From assembly GCA_963757335.1 (NCBI GenBank), contig CAVWRJ010000017.1, forward strand, positions 75,515-139,514: a stretch of 64,000 nucleotides of DNA, written 5' to 3'. Positions within the stretch are counted from its first letter, which is position 1; every line of letters begins with the position of its first letter. Below are positions 46,583 through 56,408 of the stretch, in pieces. A model generated the notes under the pieces. It worked only from the letters and a program-made list of their open reading frames with translations. It was not told where the DNA came from and searched no databases. The DNA is from an uncultured Acidobacteriota bacterium (GTDB lineage: Bacteria; Acidobacteriota; Thermoanaerobaculia; Multivoradales; UBA5704). The position numbers and the translations under genes were made by a program.

Positions 46583-46909
46583 TTACGAGTTGGACGGCAG
46601 GTGGATGTCGTCGATGCGCACCCGGAGGAGGTCCTGCCGGTGGCCGTTGGTCCGCCGGTACTGCTTGCGCTTCTTCTTCTTGAAAACCCGGATCTTGGGT
46701 CCGCGAAGCTCGCGGACCAGGGAGGCGTTGACCAGCGCGCCCGCGACCAGGGGGTTGCCCACCTGGATGGCGTCTTCTCCGCCGCCGATCATGAGGACGC
46801 GGTCGAAACGGATCGCCTCCCCTTCCCTCCCCGGCAGGAGCTCGATGTCGAGCACATCCCCCGGGGTCACCCGATATTGCTTACCACCACTCTGGATCAC
46901 TGCGTACAT
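46583..46909 (-). CDS. rplU: 50S ribosomal protein L21
   Basis: MYAVIQSGGKQYRV...FKKKKRKQYRRTNGHRQ. Confidence 0.98.
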   Translation of the reverse strand: MYAVIQSGGKQYRVTPGDVLDIELLPGREGEAIRFDRVLMIGGGEDAIQVGNPLVAGALVNASLVRELRGPKIRVFKKKKRKQYRRTNGHRQDLLRVRIDDIHLPSNS

Positions 46910-47043
46910 AAACGCTCCTCAACCATCGGCGTCAAAAACGCGTGGACGGGAGACCATAGCATGGGATGGATTGGCGGTCAACGCGCCAGTCGTCAGCCGG
47001 CAAGGCCCGGTCAAAGTCGAATCTGGCATCGCGAAGGTCCTGT

Positions 47044-47105
47044 CGTAGGGGCACCCCCCTGTGGGTGCCCTGGGAGGAGGGCGGCCACGGGGGGCCGCCC
47101 CTACG
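47044..47105. repeat. GTAG-type REP doublet (REPIN-like)
   Basis: CGTAGGGGCACCC..GGGTGCCC, then inverted GGGCGGCC..GGCCGCCCCTACG. Confidence 0.75.
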
Positions 47106-47212
47106 CTCCAAGCCAAAGTGTCTCGTCGCCGGCAGGCTTTGCCAAGGTCGATATCGCGACCTTGCGGGGCGACCTGGCGGGGCGACTGGCGGGGCTGCTA
47201 TCCTCCCCCGGC

Positions 47213-48064
47213 ATGCTGCTCTACCTCTTCAGCCTGACCACCACCTTCCTCCTCACCTTCTTCGGGGCCAAGCGGAAACAGCTCCGGCTGGCGGGGAAGG
47301 TGACGCTCGCCTATACCGTCCTCGGGCCGCGCGACGGGGAGCCCTGGATCCTCCTTCATGGGCTGGGTTCGGTCGGGTCGAGCTGGATTCCGGTGATGTC
47401 GGCTCTCCGCCGCGAGTGCCGCCTCATCGTCCCCGAGCTTTCGGCCCTGGGCGGCACCCGAGCCCCGGGGGGCGGGCTGGGGATCCGGCAGGGGGCCGCG
47501 GTCATGGCCCAACTCCTGGAAGCGGAGCTCGACGGCCGGCCGGTGACCGTCTGCGGTCTCTCCATGGGAGGCTGGATGGCGGTGCGGCTCGTCCTCGCCC
47601 GTCCCGACCTCGTCTCCCGACTGGTGCTGATCGACGCCGGCGGCTATCTCCACCAGGACTGGGACCGCGTGCAGGAGCTGGTGAAGATCGCGGACATCGC
47701 CGGGGTCGAGCGCCTGTACGAGGCCCTCTTCGTCCGCGCGCCCTGGGTATTACGCCGATCGAAGGCGGCCTTCCTCGCCGCCTACACCTCGCCCGGGGTG
47801 AAGACCATTCTCTCCGGCACCGAGGAGAGAGACGCCTTCGACGAAGCCGATCTGGCCCGGATCGAGGTCCCGGCGGCCCTCATCTGGGGAGAGCGGGACG
47901 GCCTCTTTCCAGTGGCCACGGCCGCGGCCATGGCGGCGGCCCTCCCGCACGCTACCCTCACGGTGATCCCGGATTGCGGCCATGCCGTCCACTGGGAGTG
48001 CCCCGACCGCCTGGTCGCGGCGATCCAGGAGTTCCGCCGCGCCACCCGGTCCGACTTGGCTTAG
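47213..48064 (+). CDS. Alpha/beta hydrolase
   Basis: LLHGLG, GLSMGG nucleophile motif, IWGERD, CGHAVHWE. Confidence 0.9.
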   Translation: MLLYLFSLTTTFLLTFFGAKRKQLRLAGKVTLAYTVLGPRDGEPWILLHGLGSVGSSWIPVMSALRRECRLIVPELSALGGTRAPGGGLGIRQGAAVMAQLLEAELDGRPVTVCGLSMGGWMAVRLVLARPDLVSRLVLIDAGGYLHQDWDRVQELVKIADIAGVERLYEALFVRAPWVLRRSKAAFLAAYTSPGVKTILSGTEERDAFDEADLARIEVPAALIWGERDGLFPVATAAAMAAALPHATLTVIPDCGHAVHWECPDRLVAAIQEFRRATRSDLA

Positions 48065-48109
48065 AATCCTCTCCCAACCTCAAACTCAAACGAACCTGGA
48101 GGGAAGTCC

Positions 48110-48277
48110 ATGGCGGCTCCCGAGTACATGGTCTGCCTCGATTGCGAGACCCCGGTCTACGACTTCGAATGGCTCGGCGAGAAGCTCACCGAGATCCTCT
48201 GCCCGGCCTGCGGCAACGAAGATCCGGAGCAATTCATCCTGCCCGAGGATCTGGAGGAGCTGATGGACGCAACATAA
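48110..48277 (+). CDS. 55-aa acidic zinc-ribbon-like protein (absent from the ORF track)
   Basis: GGAGG SD; MAAPEYMVCLDCETPVYDFEWLGEKLTEILCPACGNEDPEQFILPEDLEELMDAT*, with two CxxC motifs and host-like codons. Confidence 0.8.
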   Translation: MAAPEYMVCLDCETPVYDFEWLGEKLTEILCPACGNEDPEQFILPEDLEELMDAT

Positions 48278-48321
48278 GAACCAGCGCTGTCCCAAGATAT
48301 TAGCTTTGCGGACTCACCCTC

Positions 48322-48351
48322 TTGACGAGGATGAGCTTCTTTGGCTAAGAT
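48322..48351 (+). promoter_or_regulatory. Putative sigma70-type promoter for hsp20
   Basis: TTGACG-18 bp-TAAGAT. Confidence 0.45.
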
Positions 48352-48463
48352 CTGCTCGTCGATGGGAATAAGCGTGATGGACTCAAGGTTGTTACCGGCA
48401 GAAGGGGCGAGACAGGGGGATAGGAACCCCGGCCCCTTGACTTGAGACAAAATCAAAGGAGGA

Positions 48464-48937
48464 ATGGTCATGTACAACGGCACTTCCCTGAATCGTCGCA
48501 GCAACTACGCCAATCCCAGTCCCTGGAACGCCTTCGAGGCTTTCAACCGCGCCTTCGCGCCGCTCTTCTCGGGCGATGCCGCGACCCCCGACGAGAACGA
48601 GACGGTCGCCCGGGCCTGGGCGCCGCGGGTCGACATCCTCGAGAACGAGACCTCCTACCAGGTGACGGCCGAGCTGCCGGGGGTCAAGAAGGACGACGTC
48701 GAGATCACCGTCGAGAACAACCTGCTCACCCTCAAGGGGGAGCGGAAGTTCGAGAAGGACGTCAACAAGGAGCAGTACCACCGGATCGAGCGCGCCTACG
48801 GCAGCTTCGCTCGCTCCTTCACCCTGCCCAACCGGGTCTCTCAGGACCAGGTCCAGGCCAAGTTCGACAACGGCCTTCTGATGATCACGATCCCGAAGGC
48901 GGCCGAGGCGCGCCCGAAGAAGATCGAGATCGCCTGA
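48464..48937 (+). CDS. Hsp20/alpha-crystallin small heat-shock protein
   Basis: WAPRVDILE, AELPGV, LTLKGER, ERAYGSFARSFTLP, NGLLMITIPK. Confidence 0.96.
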   Translation: MVMYNGTSLNRRSNYANPSPWNAFEAFNRAFAPLFSGDAATPDENETVARAWAPRVDILENETSYQVTAELPGVKKDDVEITVENNLLTLKGERKFEKDVNKEQYHRIERAYGSFARSFTLPNRVSQDQVQAKFDNGLLMITIPKAAEARPKKIEIA

Positions 48938-48994
48938 GCGTCTGAAAGCACATAGGGTCGGCCGGCGCGGCACCGCCGGCCCCTCGCGGTACCC

Positions 48995-49024
48995 GGCCCC
49001 GCCTCTCGGCGGGGCCTTTTCTTT
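48995..49024 (+). terminator. Rho-independent terminator after hsp20
   Basis: GGCCCCGCC-TCTC-GGCGGGGCC followed by TTTTCTTT. Confidence 0.85.
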
Positions 49025-49030
49025 AGCTCT

Positions 49031-50333
49031 TCAGGTTTTGCCGATCCCGAACCAGCCGAGGACCGTCTGGACGAGGAGGGCGAGCGAGAGCAGGCTCACG
49101 AGGATGGCGATCGACCAGGCGACGCAGTTGTAGACCGGTCCGTTGACGTGCGAGCCCATGAGCTCGCGATCGTTGACCAGGCGCAGCATGGCGAAGAGCT
49201 CGATCGGCAGCAGCAGGCCGTTCAGGACATAGACGCCGACCAGCACCTGGATGAGCGGCAGGCCGGGGACCAGCGCCACCCCGGCGCCGAGGACGATGAG
49301 GCCGGTGAACATCCCCATGAAGACCGGCGCCTCCGACCACGAGCGCGACACGCCGCGCTCGAACCCCAGAGCCTCGCTCATCATGTAGGTCGTGGAGAGC
49401 GGCAGCACCCCGGCGGCGAGGAGCGACGCCCCGAGGAGACCGAGGGCGAAGAGCACCCGGGCGTAGTGGCCGGCGATCGGCTCCAGGGCGCGCGCCGCGT
49501 CCGCCGCGGTATCGACGTGCAGGCCATGGGGGAAGAGCGTCGCCGCGGTGGCGATGATGATGAAGACCGCGACGACGCCCGAGAAGACAGTGCCGACGAT
49601 GACGTCGAAGAGCGTGTAGCGGTACTCGTCGGGCGTCACCCCCTTCTCGACGACCGACGACTGGACGTAGAGCTGCATGTAAGGGGAGATGGTGGTGCCG
49701 ATGAGGGCGATCAGGAGCGAGAGATAGCCGGCGTCCATCCGCAGGTGGGGGTGGACGGTCTCGACGAGCACCTGGTGCCAGTCGGGATGGGCGAGGAAGG
49801 CGGCGCCGATATAGGCGAAGAAGGCGAGCGAGAGGACTAAAAAGATCTTCTCGACCCGGGCGTAGGAGCCGCGCACGATGAGCAGCCAGACGAGCCCGGC
49901 CGAGAGCGGCACCGAGAGATAGCGGCTGACCCCGAAGAGCTCGGAGGCGGCGGCGATGCCGATGAACTCCGAGAAGATGATGCCGGCGTTGGCGACGAAG
50001 AGGGTGACGAGGATGAAGGCCGTCGTGCGGAGCGAGAAGCTCTCCCGCACGAGGTCCGAGAAGCCCTTGCCGGTCACCGCCCCCATCCGGGCGCTCATCT
50101 CCTGGACGACGCCGACGAAGATGCTGACGAGCACCATCGCCCACAAGCAGGCCGTAGCCGTAGGAGGCGCCCGCCGAGGCGTAGGTGGCGATGCCGCCGG
50201 CGTCGTTGCCGGCGCTCGCCGCGAGGAGCCCGGGCCCGAGCGCCACGAGATAGGGAAGAAACCGGCGCAGGCGCGACCGCACGCGGGCGGGGCGCGCGGC
50301 CGGTTCGAGCCGCCCGGGGGCCTGTTCTTGCAT
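49031..50333 (-). CDS. Nramp-family divalent metal transporter, frameshift near 50150
   Basis: LGPGLLAASAGNDAGGIATY, QEMSARMGAVTGKG, IGTTISPYMQ. Confidence 0.9.
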
Positions 50334-50362
50334 CCGATCTTCCTCCCGCGCCGGTCGGCGTT

Positions 50363-51604
50363 CTAGGCGGCGAACGACCGCGGACCGCGGCGGTGCCAGA
50401 TCTCGGGCAGCAGCTCGGCCAGGGCGTCGTCGACGGTGACGATCCCCAGCAGCCGGCCCGCGGAGTCGAGCACCGGCACGGCGAGCAGGTTGTACTCGGC
50501 GAGGACGCCGGCGGCCTCCTCGGCGCGGTCCTCGGGGTGGACGGTCGGCACGTCGCTGTCCATCACCTCGGCGAGCGGGGTCGCCGGGTCGGCGAGGATC
50601 AAGCTCCGCAGGCGCACGATGCCCTGCAGCCGGTCGGGATCGTCGGGCGCCATGGCATAGACCGCGAGGAGCGGGTCCGGCACCTCCTCCAGGCCGCGGA
50701 TGACGGCGAGCGCGGCGCCCACCGTGGCATTGGCGGGGACCCGCACGCAGTCGGTGCTCATGATCCGGCCGGCGCTGTCCTCGTCGTAGGAGAGGAGGGT
50801 CTGGACGTCGGCCGCCTCCTCCGGCTCCATCTTCGCCAGGAGCTGCTCGGCGACGTCGTCCTCCATGTCCTCCAGGGCGTCGGCGGCGGCGCCCGGGGTC
50901 ATCTCCTCCAGGATGTCGGCGGCGCGTTCCTGGTCCATCCCCTCGAGCAGGTCGGCCAGGCGGGCGTCGCTCACCTCCTCCAGGGCCTCGGCGGCGGTCT
51001 CCTCGTCGAGGGCGGCGACGATCTCCGCGCTCTCCCGGTAGGAGAGGGCGTCGACGATCCGCGCCAGGTCGACCGGGTGGAGCTCGGCCAGGCGGTCGTA
51101 GGAGACCTTGAGCTGAACCGGCGCGGCGCTCGCCAGGTACTGGACCTCGGCCCAGTCGATCACCTGGCGCCCGACGACGCGGCCGGCGAGCGCCCGCGGC
51201 CCCAGCCGGCGGAGGAGGGCCTGGGGGCTGATGTCGACCCCGACGACCCGGTAGATGCCGTCGACCTGGGTGAGCTGCACGTCGTTGACCCGCACGATCC
51301 GCCGGCCGGTGATGTCGATCAGCTGGTGGTCGAGGACGTCCTGGCGCAGGAGGACCTCGCCGTTGCGGCGCGAGAAGGGCTGGAGGTCGACGGTCGAGGA
51401 GGCGAGCCTGGCCTTGGCGTCGATCGTCTGGAGGATGGCGGCCGGGACGAAGAAGCGCCGGCGGCGGTCGCGCACGACGAGGCCGGTGATCGTGGGATAG
51501 GGCTGGTTCCCCGTCATGTGGACGATGAGATCCGCGAGGCGGCCGAGCCGGTCGCCGCTCTTACCCTCGACCGGCAGGTCGACGATGGATGTCAGGAAGA
51601 GCAT
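50363..51604 (-). CDS. MgtE-like cytosolic protein (PRC-barrel + MgtE_N + CBS pair)
   Basis: VRVNDV, LHPVDLA, acidic helical repeats, SAGRIMST, YNLLAVPV...GIVTVDD; adjacent to the Nramp gene. Confidence 0.88.
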   Translation of the reverse strand: MLFLTSIVDLPVEGKSGDRLGRLADLIVHMTGNQPYPTITGLVVRDRRRRFFVPAAILQTIDAKARLASSTVDLQPFSRRNGEVLLRQDVLDHQLIDITGRRIVRVNDVQLTQVDGIYRVVGVDISPQALLRRLGPRALAGRVVGRQVIDWAEVQYLASAAPVQLKVSYDRLAELHPVDLARIVDALSYRESAEIVAALDEETAAEALEEVSDARLADLLEGMDQERAADILEEMTPGAAADALEDMEDDVAEQLLAKMEPEEAADVQTLLSYDEDSAGRIMSTDCVRVPANATVGAALAVIRGLEEVPDPLLAVYAMAPDDPDRLQGIVRLRSLILADPATPLAEVMDSDVPTVHPEDRAEEAAGVLAEYNLLAVPVLDSAGRLLGIVTVDDALAELLPEIWHRRGPRSFAA

Positions 51605-51981
51605 CGCCAGCCTCCTCTCTTCGCGCCCTTGCAGGCGGCCCCGGCGCCCCCGGCGCCAGTAGCGGCCGGGGGCGAGAGGCGGAGGCGGCTGGCCGGCCCG
51701 CCTGTCAGGCGGGCCGGAACAGGAGCCGGCGCCGGCCCCGCGGCGCTATCGCGCCGAGGGCTGCCGGTGCATGGAAAGCACCAGAGCCGGTAGAATTTCT
51801 ACTATGTCCGTCGTCCATGGTTCTGACATGGGCCTCGCGGCCCTTCTCCCCCTCCACCCCGCCCGAAACCGATCGTAACATGCCTCGGCGCGCCCGGAGT
51901 GGCGGCGGCGTGACGCCAGGTGACGCCAGCGGGAAAGGAGAGCACGGGGCGTCCACCGCAAGGGCGCCCCTCGCCCGATCT

Positions 51982-52230
51982 TCAGGCCCGCCGGATGGCG
52001 TGGTAGACGAGGAGCACGACCACCGCGCCGACGATCGCCACCAGGAAGCTATAGATATTGAGGCCGTTCACACCGCTGTGCCCGACCAGGCTGAACAGCC
52101 AGCCGCCGACGACCGCGCCGACGATGCCGAGGATGATGTCGAGGAGGACTCCCTCTCCCGACTTGTTGACGATCTTGCTGGCGATGAAACCGGAAATGAG
52201 GCCGAGAACGATCCAGGCGAGAATGGACAT
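51982..52230 (-). CDS. GlsB/YeaQ/YmgE-family (transglycosylase-associated) membrane protein
   Basis: MSILAWIVLGLISGFIASKI...DIILGIVGAVVGGWL; AAGGAG SD. Confidence 0.92.
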   Translation of the reverse strand: MSILAWIVLGLISGFIASKIVNKSGEGVLLDIILGIVGAVVGGWLFSLVGHSGVNGLNIYSFLVAIVGAVVVLLVYHAIRRA

Positions 52231-52332
52231 GAGAATCTCCTTAGGTAAGTGCAGCGCAAAGTTTCAACGACGGTTCCAGACGTTCCCGGGTGACTGCACG
52301 AGCCGTACCAGGTTTCCTGGCCGAAGGCAGAC

Positions 52333-53481
52333 ATGAAAGAATCCCTGTCCATGGCCCAGAGACCTGCCTCGGGAGCCGGGCTTGGCGGGACCGACGGCCG
52401 TGCACCGGTCCGCCGGAGCTCCGCTCCCCTGCTCGAAAAGATCGTGCGGCTCTCGCTGAGCGCCGGGGCGATCGACATCGCTGCCCACGAGCGGGCCGAG
52501 GCTCCTGAGCTGCGCACCGGCCTCGTGCCCGTCGTCGGCGAGCTGCTGGAGGATGCGCTCGCCTTCTTCGATCGCATCCTGGATACCTACGGCCGCGACG
52601 AGGGCGACGAGGGCGACGAGGACGCTCTCCCGGCGGCCCCGGCGGCCGGACCCGCCAGACCCGCCGGAGCCGAGAGCGGGGCCGGGAACTTCAGGCGCGA
52701 GGTGGACGAGATCCTTTTGGACCAGGCGCATGGGGAGCGGGTCGCGGATCTCGCCTTCATCGCGCGGCTGGAGCTCCGGCAGAAGATGGCGAGCCTCGCC
52801 CGCTTGCCCGCCGAGGCCGACTCCTGGCGGATCATCGCCGCCGCCGGGAGCTGCCTGCGCCAGATCCAGAAGGCTCTGGCCGCTCTCGAAGCCGTCATCA
52901 CCCGCGCCGAGGGGATCACGCCGGTCCTCGGCTTCAACGACGAGCTCACCTCGGCCCTCGCGGCCCGCCGGGCCTATGCCAGCTTCCGCCGCCAGCTCCG
53001 TCTCGTCGGCCGGCTTGCGGGCATCTCCGACCGCCTCCAGGGAGCCGCCACCAGCATCGGCGATCTCTTCGATCTGGAGGTCTATCGCGACCTCCGCATC
53101 AGCGACCGGGTCCAGCTAAGGCGGCTCCTCGAGCGCATCCTGCGCTGGGGCGGTCCCGACCTCGATCGCGAGGGCGGCGAGCGGATCTGGGAGGACCTCT
53201 CCGCCTGCGCCGCTCTCCTCGCCGAGATCTCCAAGCGCCAGGAGCTCGGGGAGCACGACGACTGGGCCTGCGAGGAGATCCTCCGCCGGCTGGGAGCCGC
53301 GGCGCTCCCCGGTCCCGAGCTCCCCGCCGACGTAAAGTCGCTCGTCGAGAGCCTGGCCGGCCGGGACGACGACCTGGACGACCGGATCTTCGACGGCCGG
53401 ATCGATTTCGGCACCGCGGCGGCCGTCGCGCAGCGGCTGACGAGGAAACGCTCTCCAAAGCCGACCCTTCCGGGGGGCTGA
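52333..53481 (+). CDS. Hypothetical all-alpha protein
   Basis: 382-aa ORF with host-like codon usage; no motif recognised. Confidence 0.65.
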   Translation: MKESLSMAQRPASGAGLGGTDGRAPVRRSSAPLLEKIVRLSLSAGAIDIAAHERAEAPELRTGLVPVVGELLEDALAFFDRILDTYGRDEGDEGDEDALPAAPAAGPARPAGAESGAGNFRREVDEILLDQAHGERVADLAFIARLELRQKMASLARLPAEADSWRIIAAAGSCLRQIQKALAALEAVITRAEGITPVLGFNDELTSALAARRAYASFRRQLRLVGRLAGISDRLQGAATSIGDLFDLEVYRDLRISDRVQLRRLLERILRWGGPDLDREGGERIWEDLSACAALLAEISKRQELGEHDDWACEEILRRLGAAALPGPELPADVKSLVESLAGRDDDLDDRIFDGRIDFGTAAAVAQRLTRKRSPKPTLPGG

Positions 53482-53487
53482 CCGCGA

Positions 53488-55807
53488 TCAGATTTTCTTG
53501 CTCTGCGCGATCATGCTGGCGATGACCACCGCGAGCTCGGCGGGCTCGACCGGCTTGGGCACATGCATGTTGTACCCCGCCGAGAGAGCCTGCAGGCGAT
53601 CCTCCACCCGGGCGTAGGCCGTCAGGGCCACCGCCGGGACCCGGCCACCTTGCTCGGGTTCGAGCGCTCTCACCTTCCGGATCAGGGTATACCCATCCTC
53701 TCCCGGCATCCCGATGTCGGAGACCAGGATGTCCGGTTTCCACTCCACGAGGACGGCGAGCGCCTCGGCGGCGGAGCCGCAGGTGCGGACCTCGGCCCCG
53801 CACTGCTCCAGAACGGCGGTGAGCAGAAGCCGGGCATCCGCCTCGTCGTCGACCGCCAGGACCCTGATCCCCTCGAGCGTCGGTGGGCAGTCGAAAGGCA
53901 CCGCTCCGTTGACGGCCGGGTGGACCCGCCGCCGCGACTCGGCCGCTTCGGGCGCCAGGGGCGGCCGGAGGACCATGAGGGGCAATTTCACCGAAAAGGT
54001 AGCGCCCTGCTCATCGCTCCGGTTGGCGGCCTCGACCGTGCCGCCATGGAGCTCGACGATGTGGCGGACGATGGCGAGCCCCAGCCCCAGGCCACCGAAT
54101 TTCTTGCTGCTCGTGCTGTCGGCCTGGCGGAAACGTTCGAACACGAAGGGCAGGAACTCTAAGTCGATCCCGGGCCCGGTGTCGCTCACGGTGATTTCCA
54201 AATGCGAGTTGACGCGCTCCAGTTGCACCAGCACCCGTCCCCGCTTGGGAGTGAACTTGATGGCATTCGACAGCAGGTTCCAGACGACCTGCTGCAAGCG
54301 CACCGGATCGCCCAGAACCGAGCCGGCGCCGAAGTCGAGGACGATCTGGATGCGGATCTCCTTGGCGTCCGCGGCGGGGCGCGAGGTGTCGACCGCCGCA
54401 TGGATAACCGAAGTCAGGTCGACCGGCTGGGCGTCCAGGCGGAGCTTGCCGGAAATGATCCGTGAGACGTCGAGCATGTCCTCGATGAGCCTCGCCTGCA
54501 AGCTGGCGTTTCGATCGATGGTCTCGATGGCGCGGGTGAAGGCCTCCCCCGTGAGGTTCCCCGTGCTCAGCAATCGGGTCCAGCCCAGGATGGCGTTCAA
54601 CGGGGTGCGGAGCTCGTGCGAGAGGAGGCCCAGAAACTCGTCCTTGGCGCGGCTCGCCGCCTCGGCCTCCTGGCGCGCCTGCTGCTCGCGGTGGAGGAGG
54701 GCTTCCCGCTCCGCGAGCCCCTGCTGGGCGTCTTGGAAGAGCTTCGCGTTGTCCATGGCGATGGCGGTTTGCGCGGCGAGCCCTTCGACGATCCGCTCAT
54801 GCCTGCGGGTGAACGCGCCGACTTTCGGATGGCCGAAGAAGAGTCCGCCGATCACCTCGCCCGAGCGGGAGACGACCGAGACGGCGAGGTAGCTCGTGAC
54901 CGGCAGATGACCCTGAGGGCATCCCATGGTAGGGCGCGCTCTTGCCGTAGCGCGGATCCTTCTTCACATCGTCGATGCGGATCGTGGCCTCGCCTAAAAA
55001 CGTCGGCCCGAAGAGCGCCGTGGCTCGCGGCATGGGGAAATTCGAGAACGCCTCCCGCGGCACACCCGACAGGGTGTACAGCATGTAGGAGGCGCCCTGA
55101 CTGTCGAGCACGTTGTAGAAGAACGAGCCGAACTCGGCGCCGGTGAGCTCGGTGGCCGCATCGGTCACCGCCTGCACCAGCTTCTGCTGGTCGAGCTCCG
55201 CCGACAGCAGCTGGCCGATCCGGTTGATCGTCTCGACCACCTCGGTCTGCTCGTGGAGCTGCGCCAAGGCCCGGTGGCGTTCGATCCCCAGGGCGATCCC
55301 GTCGGCGATCACCGCCATGGCCTGGAGCGTCGCCTCGGAGAGCGGCTGGCGGGCGAACATGGCGACGACCCCCACCAGCCGCTCTTCGACGACGAGCGGG
55401 TAGCCGGCGAAAGCCACCATTCCCTCCCGCTTGGCCCACTCCTGATCGCTGACCCGCGGATCGCCGATCACCTGGTTGGTCAGGTGGGGCTTCCGTTCCT
55501 CTGCGATCCAGCCGATCTTCCACTCGCCGACCCGGATCTCGCTGTGAGCACCGTCCAGATGCGTGTACATCCCCGCGCTCGCCTGGAGCTTCAGGATGTC
55601 GGATCGTTCGCCGAGGGTCCAGATGCGAGCGAACGCCGCGTCCAGGTTGTCGACGATCGCCTCGCAGCAGCGGTTAAGGGTCTGCTGCAGATCGTGGCCG
55701 CGCACGAGAGCCGTGCTGATGTCGGAGCTCAGCCCTGCCAGTCGTTCCCGCTCTGCCAATACCTCGGCCGGATCGTTTTCGACACTCCCGTGGGGTGCAA
55801 TTGGCAT
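53488..55807 (-). CDS. Hybrid sensor histidine kinase (GAF-GAF-HisKA-HATPase-REC), frameshift near 54925
   Basis: Two GAF domains, LSHELRTPLNAI, NLLSNAIKFT, DTGPGI, GGLGLGL, VDDE...SDIGMPGEDG...KPV. Confidence 0.92.
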
Positions 55808-55952
55808 AAGGGCTCAGGGTGCGACCCTCGCCCATACTGCAAGACCGGCGCCAGGGATCACGGGCTGCGAGCCAGCCCGAGGCTTTGACCCTGCCCGTAG
55901 GGCAGAGGCCTCGCGGGGACGGACCTCCCGCGGGACCTGGCTCTGAAGAGAT

Positions 55953-56000
55953 TCACTGGAGGACCGTTTCCCGGTTCAGTATGAGCTTTTTCTTCTTCAC
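55953..56000 (-). pseudogene. Truncated RiPP-precursor leader remnant (MKKKKLILNRETVLQ*)
   Basis: AAGGAG SD, GTG start, and a KLxLxRET motif matching the leader of 27049..27252; premature TGA. Confidence 0.55.
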
Positions 56001-56019
56001 GTTTGGCTCCTTGAGGAGA

Positions 56020-56240
56020 GAAGGGTGTCTACCCTAAGAAGGTGCGGCTCGATGTCTGACCGAGCCGACACTTAGCTCCTTCAGCTAAGATGCTTGCGCC
56101 GGCTCGTATCAGTTTCGGCAGTGGGCATTCTCCGAGATTCTCCGGCATTCAGGTCCCGACCGGCGACTCTATGGGGGACCGTTCCCTTGCTGGAGACTGC
56201 GGGGCGACGGCGAGGAGGGCCACGGCGATCGAGTGCCGAC
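56020..56240. repeat. Diverged duplicate of the histidine-kinase 3' end plus downstream DNA (left island boundary)
   Basis: 22-bp exact match TTCAGGTCCCGACCGGCGACTC (56148..56169 = 62345..62366). The minus strand encodes SIAVALLAVAPQSPARERSPIESPVGT* versus SVALALPAVAQESPARERAQIESPVGT*. Confidence 0.85.
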
Positions 56241-56408
56241 TCAGGGGGACCCGTAGGGCAGAGGCCCGCGGGTGCCGGTATGGCTCCGCAGGGTTAGTTC
56301 TGGGGAGTTCAACAGATCGCCACCTGATAGCTCCTCGGCCAGGGTCCTCTCCACGGCTCACTGGGATTCCGAACGGTTACAATAAACACTTGGCAGGAAT
56401 GAAGATCG

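Noticed and set aside
48300-48348. CIRCE element before hsp20
   Set aside because: TTAGC...GCTAA ends are present, but the spacing and inner sequence do not match TTAGCACTC-N9-GAGTGCTAA.
56149-56361. 70-aa minus-strand ORF as a real gene
   Set aside because: Its C-terminal part is the decayed duplicate of the kinase 3' end, and the rest has no coding signature.
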